Source: Octopus bimaculoides (Eukaryota). From it: DNA of 32,138 bases. A program made the translations under genes and the position numbers. Positions within the stretch are counted from its first letter, which is position 1; every line of letters starts with the position of its first letter. The stretch is from positions 5,000,629 to 5,032,766 of the forward strand of contig NC_069002.1 of NCBI RefSeq assembly GCF_001194135.2, read 5' to 3'. Shown one piece after another: positions 10,731 through 22,305 of this stretch. The notes under the pieces were generated by a model, which made no database searches, was not told the origin of the DNA, and worked only from the letters and a program-made list of their open reading frames with translations.

Positions 10731-12062
10731 GATAGATGTATTTACTCTGCTTTATGCGTATTAAGTTCTCTTTGACCAATTTGTAAAACAAAATGTACCA
10801 ACATACTGATATATGCATATACATACATACCTACACACACACACATAATTATATATATATAAATAAATATCTATGTATATATATGTACATACATATTCAT
10901 ACCTACACACACACATATCTTAAGGCTTGAAGATATGCCATCGAAGTATCCTCTATGGCGAGAAACCCAGGGTAACTCTATAAACCGCCCTTCACCAGTA
11001 ATAAATATATATGTATGTATGTACGTGTATATATATATATATACAAATATGTACATATATGTATGTGTGTATGCAGATACATACATGTATATGTGAGTGT
11101 GTGTAAATTTGTAAAATATATGTTTGTGTGCATATATAGATGTTTATATATTTGTATATGTGTACTTTTTTTTTATATTTGCTTGTGTGTGTGTGTGTGT
11201 GAGAATGTATATATGTATGTATGTTCATATATACATTTATATATGTGTGTGTATATATATATATATATATATGCATATATATACAAACACACGTGTATAA
11301 ATACGTATTGTTTCAAAACAATGATAACATTAAAGATTATATTAATTTTTTAATAATAAAGATAAAAATAAAATATTTTAAATAAAAACAGTAAAAAAAA
11401 AAAAAACTGCATTGTTTGTTTCTTTCTGACAGATGTCAATTGTTTTAGCAGTGTTGAGGGGTCTTGATGGTTCTGACCATTGTTGGGGTGGGTACACATT
11501 TGGAGATATGCCAATATTTGTCTTTCGGCTCCTAAGTATCTATTTCCCGTGAGTGAATTGAAGGAACATAAAAAAGCAAAATACAAAGAAGCCTTGAAAC
11601 GTTTCATCCAGATTTGAACTTAGAATGTAAAGGGAAACCTCCTTTCCCCATGGAAAATTTGGTTCTACCCCTTGTCATTAGAAAAACAGTCAACTGTGTT
11701 GGACATGTAAACCTCCTTAGCTTAACTGTCTCTATGGACTCAATCTCTCTCTCGTATTAAGAAGTTTCCTGTGAGGTCTTACTAGATACTAACAGTAGCC
11801 CTTTTTGAGCAACTCTGGAATGAGGTCTTGGGAAGATTTTAATTCAGAAATTTTGAAAACAAGACATTTGTACTAGAGCCAGAGGCAGTTTGATATCAAA
11901 AGGGTTAAATGCTAAAGGATTAAAGTTTAATTATGAAATGTTGTAAAAATGCAAAAAAATAACATTTCCTAGAAATTAAACTGAATGCAGTGTGACTGCG
12001 AAATGTGTGGTGTCACTGATAAAAAACAAAAAAGTACATTTTCTTTTCATTTTTTAAAAATA

Positions 12063-12068
12063 TTTATT
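12063..12068 (-). terminator. Candidate polyadenylation signal of TRMT112
   Basis: AATAAA on the minus strand about 50 nt downstream of the stop, followed by a T-rich stretch. Confidence 0.5.
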
Positions 12069-12116
12069 CTGTGCATATTTACAAATGAAAAATGTTTCTC
12101 TATCCCAGAGCATTAT

Positions 12117-12218
12117 TCACACCTCATCTTCATTTAATAGCATATTGGGTATTCCGTTCTTGATAGTAAATTTTCTGCCAGTCTCAGGACAAATCAGTTC
12201 TCCTTCATCAACCTCAAT
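12117..12218 (-). CDS. TRMT112: TRMT112 coding exon 4 (not in the ORF track)
   Basis: Acceptor ttcac[35 protein letters not shown], matching the Trm112 C-terminal G.L.CPE.GR.F.I..GIPNMLL.E.E. Joined protein is 124 aa. Confidence 0.97.
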   Translation of the reverse strand: MEVDEGELICPETGRKFTIKNGIPNMLLNEDEV

Positions 12219-12616
12219 CTGTGAATGGAAGAAATTAAGAAATGGTGAAAGCTGCATTGGAGAATATAGATAGAGAGAGAGAGAGAGCTATACATGTTGC
12301 ATAGGCCACATGTGAATTGTACAATAATCTGTGTAACTGAAGTGGAACCTGTTGCAATCCAGCCACAAATGGCTATGTCACTATCAGCCCTCTGCAGACT
12401 GTAAACATTTACACAGATATGCACACACTATATGCATATATATATCTATATATACACACAGGAAGTCCCGCTTTATAAATCCACCTGCTTAATGTATCAA
12501 AAATGGGTTGGGACGGAATTTTTACACATAAAATCTCGTGTTTAATAAATCCAATTGTCACTGCTAAAGTGTCAACAAGTGGCAGCGAACAAATTGTTTC
12601 TTTTTTGCACTTAATT

Positions 12617-12873
12617 ACTGACAGGTAGGTTCCAGCAGCCACAGCCAGCCAGCTGTCACCAGGTACACTCCAGCATCCAAAAATAGATCAATAAATACAT
12701 AGTAGCTGGCAGTGGCTGCTGGAGCCTACCACACAACCCTGTCATCCAAGCGAAAAAGTAGGCTCCAAGACACCTCTTGTTAAAATTAGGCACCCTTCTC
12801 ATTCACTGGATGATTGAGTGTACCACATGACAGCTGGTTGGTTGTGGCTGCTGGAGTCTGCCTACCTGTCAGT
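12617..12873. mobile_element. MITE-like element with ~63-67-bp terminal inverted repeats in TRMT112 intron 3
   Basis: The arm at 12617-12679 (actgacaggtagg-ttccagcagccacagccagccagctgtc...ggtacactc...catcca) is the imperfect reverse complement of 12807-12873. A partial internal copy lies near 12700-12730. Family and TSD are unclear. Confidence 0.6.
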
Positions 12874-13088
12874 TTATTGAAGCAGATTTTCTATGGTGAA
12901 GCTGATGCCAACCACTTTCCCAAGTGTATGGGGTACTTTTTCTCATGGCAACGGCATTAGTGAGGACACCAGGTAACTTGCAAGACAAAGAAAAAGCCCT
13001 GTGCTCCAGCATGGCCTAAGGAACTTGCCCATATGCAGGGCTGAGTCATGCCGGTTGGTGAGTATCTGTATAAGAAACCATACTTTAC

Positions 13089-13181
13089 CTCGATTAGAGC
13101 GTGATGGACTTTCTTCAAAAACTCGTCGTTGTTTTCAAAGTCTTCGAGAAGAGTTTGAGGAATACAATTTGGATGACCAAC
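13089..13181 (-). CDS. TRMT112: TRMT112 coding exon 3 (not in the ORF track)
   Basis: Acceptor ttcacAG. VGHPNCIPQTLLEDFENNDEFLKKVHHALIE (31 codons; EFL..HH.L.E motif). Donor GTAAAG, phase 0. Confidence 0.95.
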
Positions 13182-13566
13182 CTGTGAATTAGAAACGAGG
13201 TTAAAAATAATTTCTTACACAAGGACGAAGTGTAGAAAGGTATTTGATGGTGCGTGGGGGGGGGGGCATTGATTTAAATCAATCTCAGAATTTGATTGGT
13301 TTTATACTTTGGCCTTTTGACCCCTGGAGGAACGAAAGCAAAAATGATTTGAATGGAAAATCTAAAAGGCCACAATTGCACATATTTGTGTATGGAGGGA
13401 ACCTGTGGAAGGGTTAGACTCAAGAAGATGTGGGATGAAGTGGTGAGAAAAAAAATCTTTAGATGCTGGGGTTCAATGAGAAGATGATAAGGGACTGAAC
13501 CAACTGCAGATACACACACATAAATGCTGCGCTTACAATAACGGAAGAGAAAGATGTAATACTAAC

Positions 13567-13668
13567 ATCAGTAACGGCTGCATACAGAGCAGACCAATCG
13601 ACCTTGGAAATCATTCGACAAATGAATTCTTTGTTGAATTCTGCTTCTTTGATTTCTAACTTCTTTGC
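13567..13668 (-). CDS. TRMT112: TRMT112 coding exon 2
   Basis: Acceptor tctttcAG. AKKLEIKEAEFNKEFICRMISKVDWSALYAAVTD (34 codons; FN..F..RM..KV.W motif). Donor GTTAGT, phase 0. Confidence 0.96.
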
Positions 13669-14387
13669 CTGAAAGAATACAGAACAAAACCAAGAATGAA
13701 TCATAGAAAACATAACCTTCTAGCATTTAAACTGGCCCAAAATATTTCACCTGTTTTATGCTCAAAGTTTTTGGATTTAATATTTATTAAAGGTAAAATT
13801 CCTATTAAATTTAATATAGGTATATACACCTTCTAATATGTAAAAAGAGGACAAACAAACAACACAATAGATGTTCCTAAACTAAGCTTTCCTATCATTT
13901 ATAAACTCTCTTGTCTCTCTCACTCCAACACCTCTAACCACCAAAGCTTTCCTCACTCCATCCATCCACACAAACCGAGGTGGATTACTAAATTCAAAAG
14001 ATCACCGCAATGTTCTTAACAGAATAATATAATTAGTACTATATACGAGGGATGTGCTAAAAACAACAGCTAAATCGCCTTTAAATCACACAAATGTATT
14101 TTCATAATCGTATGAATTCCCGTGTGTAGAACACAAATTCGCAAAAAAATTTTCTGAACAGCCAAATCTCACCCAAACGTCTTTAACAAAAAAAAAAAAT
14201 AAGACATGATATTATATTATGTCTGAAATATATATAAAAAAAAAAAACTCAATTAAAACTGGAGTGGCGGTCACGGAAAAAAATACATCGTTGGGGTTAA
14301 ACAATAACCAATACAACAGCAACAAAATCCAGATATGAAAAGGAGACACGGATCATTAATAGAACAAGTAGGATTGAAGCTACTTAC

Positions 14388-14465
14388 TGTAATACCCAGC
14401 GGGTACCCTTTCAGTACCCCTTTAATAATAGTCGAGGTTAACATGTTGTGGGTGAGCAACTTCAT
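14388..14465 (-). CDS. TRMT112: TRM112-like multifunctional methyltransferase activator, coding exon 1
   Basis: MKLLTHNMLTSTIIKGVLKGYPLGIT, matching the Trm112 N-terminal MKLLTHN.L...GYPL. Donor GTAAGT follows, phase 0. Confidence 0.97.
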
Positions 14466-14633
14466 GTTGGAAACTTACAATACATACAAGTAGAGCTAGC
14501 AGTTATTTTAGCTGCTTTGTTTCGTACTTACGAAACTAAAAAGTGAACCGCACGGAGTATTATGCTAGAAGCAAACTCCTATTTTAAAGTGCGATTTAAT
14601 AAGAAGTAAAATTTAGGGTTAATGTTTACTTTA

Positions 14634-14641
14634 ACTTCCGG
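14634..14641 (-). promoter_or_regulatory. ETS-family motif CCGGAAGT in the likely TRMT112 promoter
   Basis: Plus-strand ACTTCCGG about 170 nt upstream of the ATG in a locally GC-richer patch. ETS sites are common at animal housekeeping promoters. This is a motif match only. Confidence 0.35.
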
Positions 14642-14983
14642 CCACTGGGCCATTGCGCCTCCACACTGCTTTTATAAGGGCGATAGATTAGCAGAACTGT
14701 CTGACCATCGGCTGGTATGCTTTGTAGTATCTGTCCTGGCACTGTAGGTTCTGAGTTCGAATTTCTGCTACCCCTTGTTAAACGAAAGACAGCGAAGCAG
14801 TTAAAACACGAAAGTCAAAGTAAACTCCCCTGGGATTTGAACGCCGGACATCCCTGTTTGTCCTTACATTTACGTAACATTAAAAAGAAACAACAACAAA
14901 AATGTTTTATTCTGACCGTCTTACTTTTATTATAACCTTTCAGATTTTCCACTTCACCTAAATTTAATAGACCAAGCTTATCT

Positions 14984-14985
14984 CA

Positions 14986-15018
<33 letters not shown>

Positions 15019-15331
15019 TTGTTTCTCTCTTTGTCTCTCTCTCTCTCTCTTTGTCTCTCTCTCTCTCTCTTTGTCTCTCTCTTTCTCTCTTTGTCTCTCT
15101 CTTTGTCTCTCTCTTTGTCTCTCTCTTTCTCTCTCCCTTTCTCTCTCTTTGTCTCTCTCTTTCTCTCTCTTTCTCTCTCTTTGTCTCTCTCTTTGTCTCT
15201 CTCTTTGTCTCTCTTTGTCTCTCTCTCTCTTTGTCTCTCTCTCTCTTTGTCTCTCTCTTTCTCTCTCTTTGTCTCTCTCTCTCTCTTTGTATCTGTTTGT
15301 CTCTCTCTTTGTCAGTCTGTCTCTCTCTTTC
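14984..15331. repeat. Compound (CT)n / CTCTCTCTTTGT-type minisatellite
   Basis: Visible directly. It generates the spurious LSLS and ERER ORFs. Confidence 0.95.
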
Positions 15332-15462
15332 TCCTACTTTCTCACACAAATAACTACATACCACACACACACACACACACACACATACGCGGTATGCATC
15401 ACATACTTTACAAATGATTACGCGCGTGCACACACAGCTACATTCTTCACCAGACTCTGATA

Positions 15463-15496
<34 letters not shown>

Positions 15497-15672
15497 CGCC
15501 ACCACCACACGCTCGCGCGCGCGTACTACGCACTACGTGCAATACACTAACAAACGCACACATACATGCACTAAACACACACACACACACACGTACACAT
15601 ATACTACACAGATACCCACCTCAGCACAAACACTCACACACGTACATACACACATACACACCCCACACGCAC

Positions 15673-15716
<44 letters not shown>

Positions 15717-15772
15717 GATACACGCACACACGCATTAGACGAGTACACACAGACGTACATCACCTGTACATA

Positions 15773-16450
15773 CAGTCTTGGTTAAAAGTATTAGGCAACC
15801 CCAATGTTTTGGGGTTCTGCTGTCTCAATGTTAATGAAACTCGTGCACATACTAGATTATGGTATATTTCGCAATATACATGAGTTTTAATATCTGGCTG
15901 ACCCTCCTTTAGCATCAATTACCGCTTTTATACTGTACTGTACATATGCAACCAATTATGTTTAAGACCAACGTCCAAGATTAACTTGTTTCCTTGATTA
16001 TTCCAGAGTTTTATGCTAAAATACGTTGTAGATATAGTTAATAAACAGTAAAATGCCTAAAACAAGGGAGTTGAGTGAGTGTGAGCGAGGTCAAATCGTA
16101 GCTCATCATGAAGATTGAATGTCTCAAAGGCAAATTGCTCAGAGAGGGAAGGATGAATTCAGCTACCTAGGTTTCTATGTTATCGGATGATTTAGAGCCA
16201 TCAATTACTAAATTGCTTTCAAGAGTGTCTAAAAAGCAGCGTTGTCTTTCAACAGGGCAACGCTCCATGTCATACAGCAAAGAATACTCGTCAATGGTTT
16301 GAGACACAGGGTATTGTTCCTATGGACTGGCCAGCTCAAAGTTCCGATCTAAATCCGATCGAATACCTATGGGGAACTCTTGGTGAAACTATCAGGAACA
16401 CAACAAAATTGCGCCTTGCACCTGCAAGAAACTAGTTGATTCAATACCTA
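15773..16450 (+). mobile_element. Tc1 (DD34E) transposon relic with a large internal deletion
   Basis: TA|CAGTCTTGGTTAAAAGTATTAGGCAACC Tc1-type terminus. MPKTRELSECERGQIVAHHED*MSQRQIAQR starts at 16053 (HTH start). VFQQGNAPCHTAKNTRQWF...DWPAQSSDLNPIEYLWG at about 16241-16375 has 34 residues from the mutated D2 to E. Right TIR not seen. Confidence 0.88.
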
Positions 16451-16574
16451 ACATTAGGTAATGTAGTCTCAGATTCTTATAAAAAATATGATTGTCACGG
16501 TTGGAGCGCTTTTGATCGTGGTCTGCTGGATCAGAGCAGACATGGAGCTAATAAAAGAATAACCACAGCAAAAA

Positions 16575-16960
16575 AATGATAGCAACATTTAACATGAGCG
16601 GCAGCAACAGCAATAGCATCATCATCATTACTATTATCATCACCACCAACACCACCATCACCATCACCACCATCATGATCATGATCATGATCATCATCAT
16701 CATAATCACCACCACCACTACCATCATCATCATGATCATTCTCATGATCATGTTGATACCAAACAGTATCAACGTTAACAGCACCAACAACAAGAGCAAC
16801 AACAGAAGCGACAGTAGTAAGAACAAGCAATAATAAAAATGGCGAAAACAATAAAAAACATCAACAACAAAAACAAGAACAGCAACCACCATACCACTCC
16901 CACAAGATGAACAAAATAAAGTACAACAGCAACAACAAAATCAACCACTACCGCCAACAC
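16575..16960. repeat. Low-complexity trinucleotide block (CAT/CAC/AAC/CAG)
   Basis: Visible directly. The ORFs here are homopolymeric. Confidence 0.9.
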
Positions 16961-17544
16961 CACAGAAATAAGAGCATGTCTTTACTTTATGCTAAAAATT
17001 CGACCTCAATTCGGACGTGGAATAATCTATTTTACAACATTCAGGTTTTTGAGAGAAAAAACACGAACGTTAATCTAGTATTGCGTGCCAAGATAAAAAT
17101 TATCTTCTCTCACCCAATTCCACCTTGCATACTTGAATATAATAACCGTCTCTCTTGTCACTAGGTTTTCTTCCATTAATTCTTGTTGCTGTCATCAATA
17201 CTGTATGTCTCTAACAGGTCAATCTTGAAAGCGGGCACACCTTCCAGCCATGGCCGCCCCGAAATTCTTTTTTTCTACCGTATCTAGGACAGCATTATAT
17301 AAGGTGTTTTTTCTCTTTATGTAAGACGCACTAGGCTGATATTTGAGGGTGGTGGTGGTGGTGGATTTGGCTGTTATTTCTAGGCGATCAAGTAGAGACG
17401 CCCTTGATGGTTCATATATCCAATACATACATGCATACAAACATACGTATATACATATATATATATACATACATATTACATAAATACACACACATACATA
17501 TATATATATATACATATATACATACATACACACACATACACACA

Positions 17545-18711
17545 CCGAAATTACATAAAAAGTAACTTGAAATACTAAAGAGTAAATTTATTCAATGAAA
17601 TCGTCATTGGCTTCAACCACGGCCTCCAGACGACTTCGGAATCTCCTGCAACTCTTCTGGATGGCCTCCTTGTTTAAGTTGATGAATGCTGCCATAATCT
17701 TTGCCTTTAGTACATCTTTGGTGTTACAAGGAGTTTTTTTGGTCTCACGACTCACACATGATAATCAAGGCGGTTGCAGTCTGGAGAGTTTAGGTGACCA
17801 GATGTTAGGGGTGATGTAATGGCAGGAATTGTCTGATAGCCATGACTGGGTTCTCCTGCTTGAGTGGCAATGGTGCAGAGTCCTGTTGCCAGACATAGAG
17901 TGTTCCAGCAGCCACCCTCTTGACCCAAGGTAGCACTACCTCCTCCAGGCACTTGATGTAGGCCTCTGTGTTGAGTGTGAGTCCGTGTGGGAAGATGAAT
18001 GGGGGCATAACTTCGCCATCACCAGTGATCAATCCAAACACAATGACGTTGACTGGATGTTTGACTGTTATCACTCTCGGTACATGTTTTGGGGACACGG
18101 CAAGCCATCGGTTGTTCTGTGTGTTCACCATCTGATCCTGACAGAAATTTTTTTCGTCTGAGAAAAACCAAAGCATGTTCGGTTGGAGGAGATGCTTGAA
18201 TTTGTTCAAAAGATTCGTAGCATGGTTTTTCCTCTTGTCCTTGATGGCTTGGGATAAAAATTGGCCCTTTCTCATCTTGTATGAGGAATACCGAATGTCT
18301 TCAGGCAGTACCAACCTGATAAGAAACTCAGACATTCCCATGTCCTTGGCGATGGACCTGATTGACTTGAAGAGATCGTTGTCAATCATGGTCTGGATCT
18401 CACCAACAAATTCAATTCTTTTCTTATCAGAACGATCAGAGTGAGTTTTCCGAGCTGCCGTTCTTTCATAATCACCATTAGATTCATCCAACTCTTTCTG
18501 AATCCTTTGCACTGTCCTCAGATTGCCACCTAAACACACTGAAATGTACGTATTGGAGCTTCCGGCGTGAATGCCAAGCAGTACAGCATGTCGTTTCCAT
18601 ATTTCTGGCAGAGTGAATTGCGTCATGGTGCTCAACTGACCCTACTATACTGCGCAGTCGACAAAATCAAAACCAAACATTGCGCATGGCAACAATTTAC
18701 CCATCGCACCC
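17545..18711 (-). mobile_element. Tc1/mariner DD37D (maT, Bmmar1-like) transposon, transposase pseudogene 18626 to 17588
   Basis: WFFSDEK...YVWQQDSAP, then two +1 frameshifts (about 17870 and 17790) and a W-to-stop at 17752-54. Reconstructed DSAPCHSSRRTQSWL...WSPNSPDCNRLD gives 37 residues between D2 and D3. C-terminus RFRSRLEAVVEANDDFIE*. One terminus GGGTGCGATGGGTAAATTGTTGCC abuts (TA)n at 18712; the opposite TIR is missing. Confidence 0.93.
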
Positions 18712-19774
18712 TATATATATATATATATGTGTGTGTGTATATGTGTGTGTATGTATATATATGTATATATATATAAATATATATACACACATACATACAT
18801 AAGACATAAATACGCACACACAAAGAGCTATGTTTCACTTTCCTCTTCCTCTCTCTCTCTCTCTCTCTCTCTCNNNNNNNNNNNNNNNNNNNNNNNNNNN
18901 NNNNNNNNNNNNNNNNNNNNNNNNNNNNNNNNNNNNNNNNNNNNNNNNNNNNNNNNNNNNNNNNNNNNNNNNNNNNNNNNNNNNNNNNNNNNNNNNNNNN
19001 NNNNNNNNNNNNNNNNNNNNNNNNNNNNNNNNNNNNNNNNNNNNNNNNNNNNNNNNNNNNNNNNNNNNNNNNNNNNNNNNNNNNNNNNNNNNNNNNNNNN
19101 NNNNNNNNNNNNNNNNNNNNNNNNNNNNNNNNNNNNNNNNNNNNNNNNNNNNNNNNNNNNNNNNNNNNNNNNNNNNNNNNNNNNNNNNNNNNNNNNNNNN
19201 NNNNNNNNNNNNNNNNNNNNNNNNNNNNNNNNNNNNNNNNNNNNNNNNNNNNNNNNNNNNNNNNNNNNNNNNNNNNNNNNNNNNNNNNNNNNNNNNNNNN
19301 NNNNNNNNNNNNNNNNNNNNNNNNNNNNNNNNNNNNNNNNNNNNNNNNNNNNNNNNNNNNNNNNNNNNNNNNNNNNNNNNNNNNNNNNNNNNNNNNNNNN
19401 NNNNNNNNNNNNNNNNNNNNNNNNNNNNNNNNNNNNNNNNAAAAAAAAAAAAAAAAAAAAAAAAAAAAGAAAAAAAGAAAGAAAGAACGAAACAAAAACG
19501 AAACAAACAACAACAAAAGCAATCCCAACTTCCAAAGTAACAAAAAAAAACCCCAACTAAAAAACAAACAAAATTTAAAACATTTGTGTTCTTCATAATA
19601 CATAAATAATAATACACAGACACACACACACATACATACATATACACATACACATACATACACACACACATACACGCACCTAAGTACGTATGTATAAACG
19701 CACACATGTACATCTACACACACATATATATATTTACACGCGTACGTATCCATACATAGACGTACATATACAAC

Positions 19775-19806
19775 TGCTACTACTACTACTACTACTACAA
19801 CTGCTG

Positions 19807-19867
<61 letters not shown>

Positions 19868-19883
19868 TACTACTACTACTACT
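19775..19883. repeat. (TAC)n trinucleotide microsatellite ending 10 nt before the SLC23 ATG
   Basis: Visible directly, with CTG and CCA interruptions. Confidence 0.95.
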
Positions 19884-19893
19884 AAATTAAACG

Positions 19894-20553
19894 ATGGATC
19901 CTAAATATGAGCTGGTGGAAGTGGAAACTTCGGCAGGAATTGAAACTACAGCCTCCGATTCGGAACAGTCGCGGCTTGGCACTGACAAGCAAGAAGCAAC
20001 GGCAGCATCATCACCATCATCATCACTCACAACATTAGCAACACAACCACCGACGCCTCCGCTGCCACCCCAACCTCCAGATTTACAACACGAACGACCA
20101 CCGCACGAAGCGCCGGTGTCATCGCCACCAGCACCATCATCATCACCATCGTCGACAGCAAGGAATGGCTTAACCCACAACAACAACAACAACAACAACG
20201 TCGCCTCATCCGATGGTGGTGGTGGTGGTGGTGAGATCGATTCAGGAAGAGAAACAAGAGCCGAAGAAGAAGAAGGAGAAGGAGGAGGAGGAGAGGTTGA
20301 AGAAAGTGTAAGGGAGGAGAAGCTAGCGTCGGAAACGGCGAAACTCATCAACAAAGACAGTCTTAACACAGACATCAATCGTTTCGCACATAAAGATGCC
20401 AGCAATGGCGGTGGAGACGATGGCTGGGATCCGGAATCGAAACTGGTCGGAGATCAGGAAGTCGAGATCGTTATCGAACAGCAACATAATGATTTAATTT
20501 ACAAAGTATCCGACTGCCCTCCTTGGTACCTCACTCTCTTTTACGCCTTTCAG
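19894..20553 (+). CDS. SLC23A: Solute carrier family 23 member 1/2-like (NAT/NCS2 nucleobase-ascorbate transporter), coding exon 1
   Basis: ATG with an in-frame TAA 6 nt upstream (19888-90). A low-complexity N-terminus precedes LIYKVSDCPPWYLTLFYAFQ, matching SLC23 (.Y...D.PPWY....G.Q). Donor GTACGT at 20554, phase 0. Confidence 0.9.
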
Positions 20554-20881
20554 GTACGTATCTGTGCGTTGTAAACTTTCGTTCTTGTTTCTTCTTTCGA
20601 TCGATGTAAAACCCTTCACCTTTTCTGTGCGTTGTGTTTCGTCCTTGGATGTAAACTCCCTATGCTTTGGGCCCTTGTGGACAAAAAAGGACATCGTTAT
20701 AACATTTATCGTGGAATTACTAGTCTTTTCTACTCTAGGCACAAGGTCCGAAATTTGTGGGGGGGGGGCAGTCGATTAGATCGACCCAGTACACAACTGG
20801 TACTTAATTTATCGACTTCGTATATCAGGAGGACCACATCTCTATCATCTTCTTTTTTTAATTGTTGTATACTGTTCTTTT

Positions 20882-20996
20882 ATTCTTTTACTTGTTTCAG
20901 TCACTTGACTGCGGCCATGCTGGAGCACCACGTTTAGTCGAAGAAATCGACCCCAGGACTTATTCTTTGTAAGCCTAGTACTTATTCTATCGGCCT
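20882..20996 (-). mobile_element. SINE 3' portion
   Basis: Reverse complement of about 1285-1395. Confidence 0.7.
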
Positions 20997-21049
20997 AGAA
21001 ACAGGATGATGTGCAATAGGCATTACCTTTTATAGTTTGCATTCCAAAA

Positions 21050-21246
21050 TAAGTTAATCAGTAATTATTTTCATGGCGACACTTACTGATGAACTCAGGC
21101 TTACCATATAAAATGTCTTCTCTTTAGCATTGCAGAAGCCACAGTATTTTGTGCAAGCGGTGTATCTGCTTCGTCTCGGCCATGCGATGATATTTTCTTT
21201 CATATACCATTAATGACTTGATAATTCTGTTGTATTTCTTTTGTCA
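21050..21246 (-). mobile_element. PLE C-terminal fragment of a different family, in SLC23 intron 1
   Basis: RNTTELSSH*WYMKENIIAW...RYTACTKYCGFCNAKEK, frameshift, EFISKCRHENNY. This resembles PLE C-termini of the form T.LS..IW.LK...W...Y...C.LC..EK...SEL.SKCRH.N. Confidence 0.65.
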
Positions 21247-21388
21247 ATATATCTATAGGGGGACTTCTAAGTACCAACTCTCTCTTGCCCTTTGTCTCTC
21301 ACACACATGTACAAACATAGATATATACACATATCTACTATATATATGCATAAAATTGTGTTTGGACAGATAGATATATCTACATTCA

Positions 21389-21440
<52 letters not shown>

Positions 21441-21975
21441 CATGCATATAAGCATGTATGTAAACATATACGAGTACATATAAATGTACATACATGTACG
21501 TACAAGTACATACATGTGCATTTATATGTATGTATGTATGTATATATATATATCTAACTTTACGCATAAGTATGTATATACGTATTAATATGTGCATATA
21601 ATTGTATATATGTATATACGTATGAACGAATATATATATGTACGTATATATATATATATTATATGAGTGTGTGTATATACATATATGTATATGAATATAT
21701 GTATATGTACACGTACATGCAGACACACATATATACACACATGCATATGTAACTACTCACATACACACCCACTTATATATATCTATGTATATACACACAC
21801 ACACGCATGCCCCCCCCCCACGAACCGTTCCTGTAATAAAAAGCTAGTTAAGCCAAATCCTTGTGTTACGCTGAGTCTTTTTTCCGGTGTCCATTTGAAG
21901 AAAATTACTTGACGTTCTGAATATGCAGCGTCAGCAGTGACCAGATATCTGGTGTGTGTGTAGGTGTCAATATAT

Positions 21976-22045
21976 GCATGTATGTATGTATGTATGTATG
22001 TATGTATGTATGTATGTATGTATGTATGTATGTATGTATGTATGT
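21976..22045. repeat. (TATG)n microsatellite followed by a (TG)n-rich tract to about 22305
   Basis: Visible directly. Confidence 0.95.
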
Positions 22046-22174
22046 GTGTGTATGTGTGTGTATGTGTGCAGGTATGTGTGTGCGTGTGTGTGTGTGCGTT
22101 TGTATGTGTTTGTGTGTGTTTGTGTGTTAGTTTATATGTACGACTGTTTACGCGTGTGGTTCCTGTTTCTGTTG

Positions 22175-22215
<41 letters not shown>

Positions 22216-22260
22216 CGTGCGTGTATGTGCGTGTGCTTGTATGTGGTGTGTGCGTGTATA

Positions 22261-22305
<45 letters not shown>

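Noticed and set aside
10922-10985. Plus-strand TTGAAGA...gccat/atggc...GAAACCCAGGGTA hammerhead-like string
   Set aside because: The C3 position mismatches, the base of stem II is irregular and no stem I pairing is found. Weak, but worth including in any Infernal run.
12194-12642. Minus-strand ORFs between TRMT112 exons 3 and 4 as extra exons
   Set aside because: The four identified exons already give a complete 124-aa Trm112, and these ORFs have no similarity to it.
14043-14065. TACGAGGGATGTGCTAAAAA resembling a mariner TIR
   Set aside because: No partner TIR or internal mariner sequence is recognisable.
16965-17290. Possible LINE 3' coding remnant on the minus strand
   Set aside because: The motif resemblance is too faint to support without a search.
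19887-20405. 172-aa antisense ORF over SLC23 exon 1
   Set aside because: It is a shadow of the GC-rich, repeat-rich sense exon.
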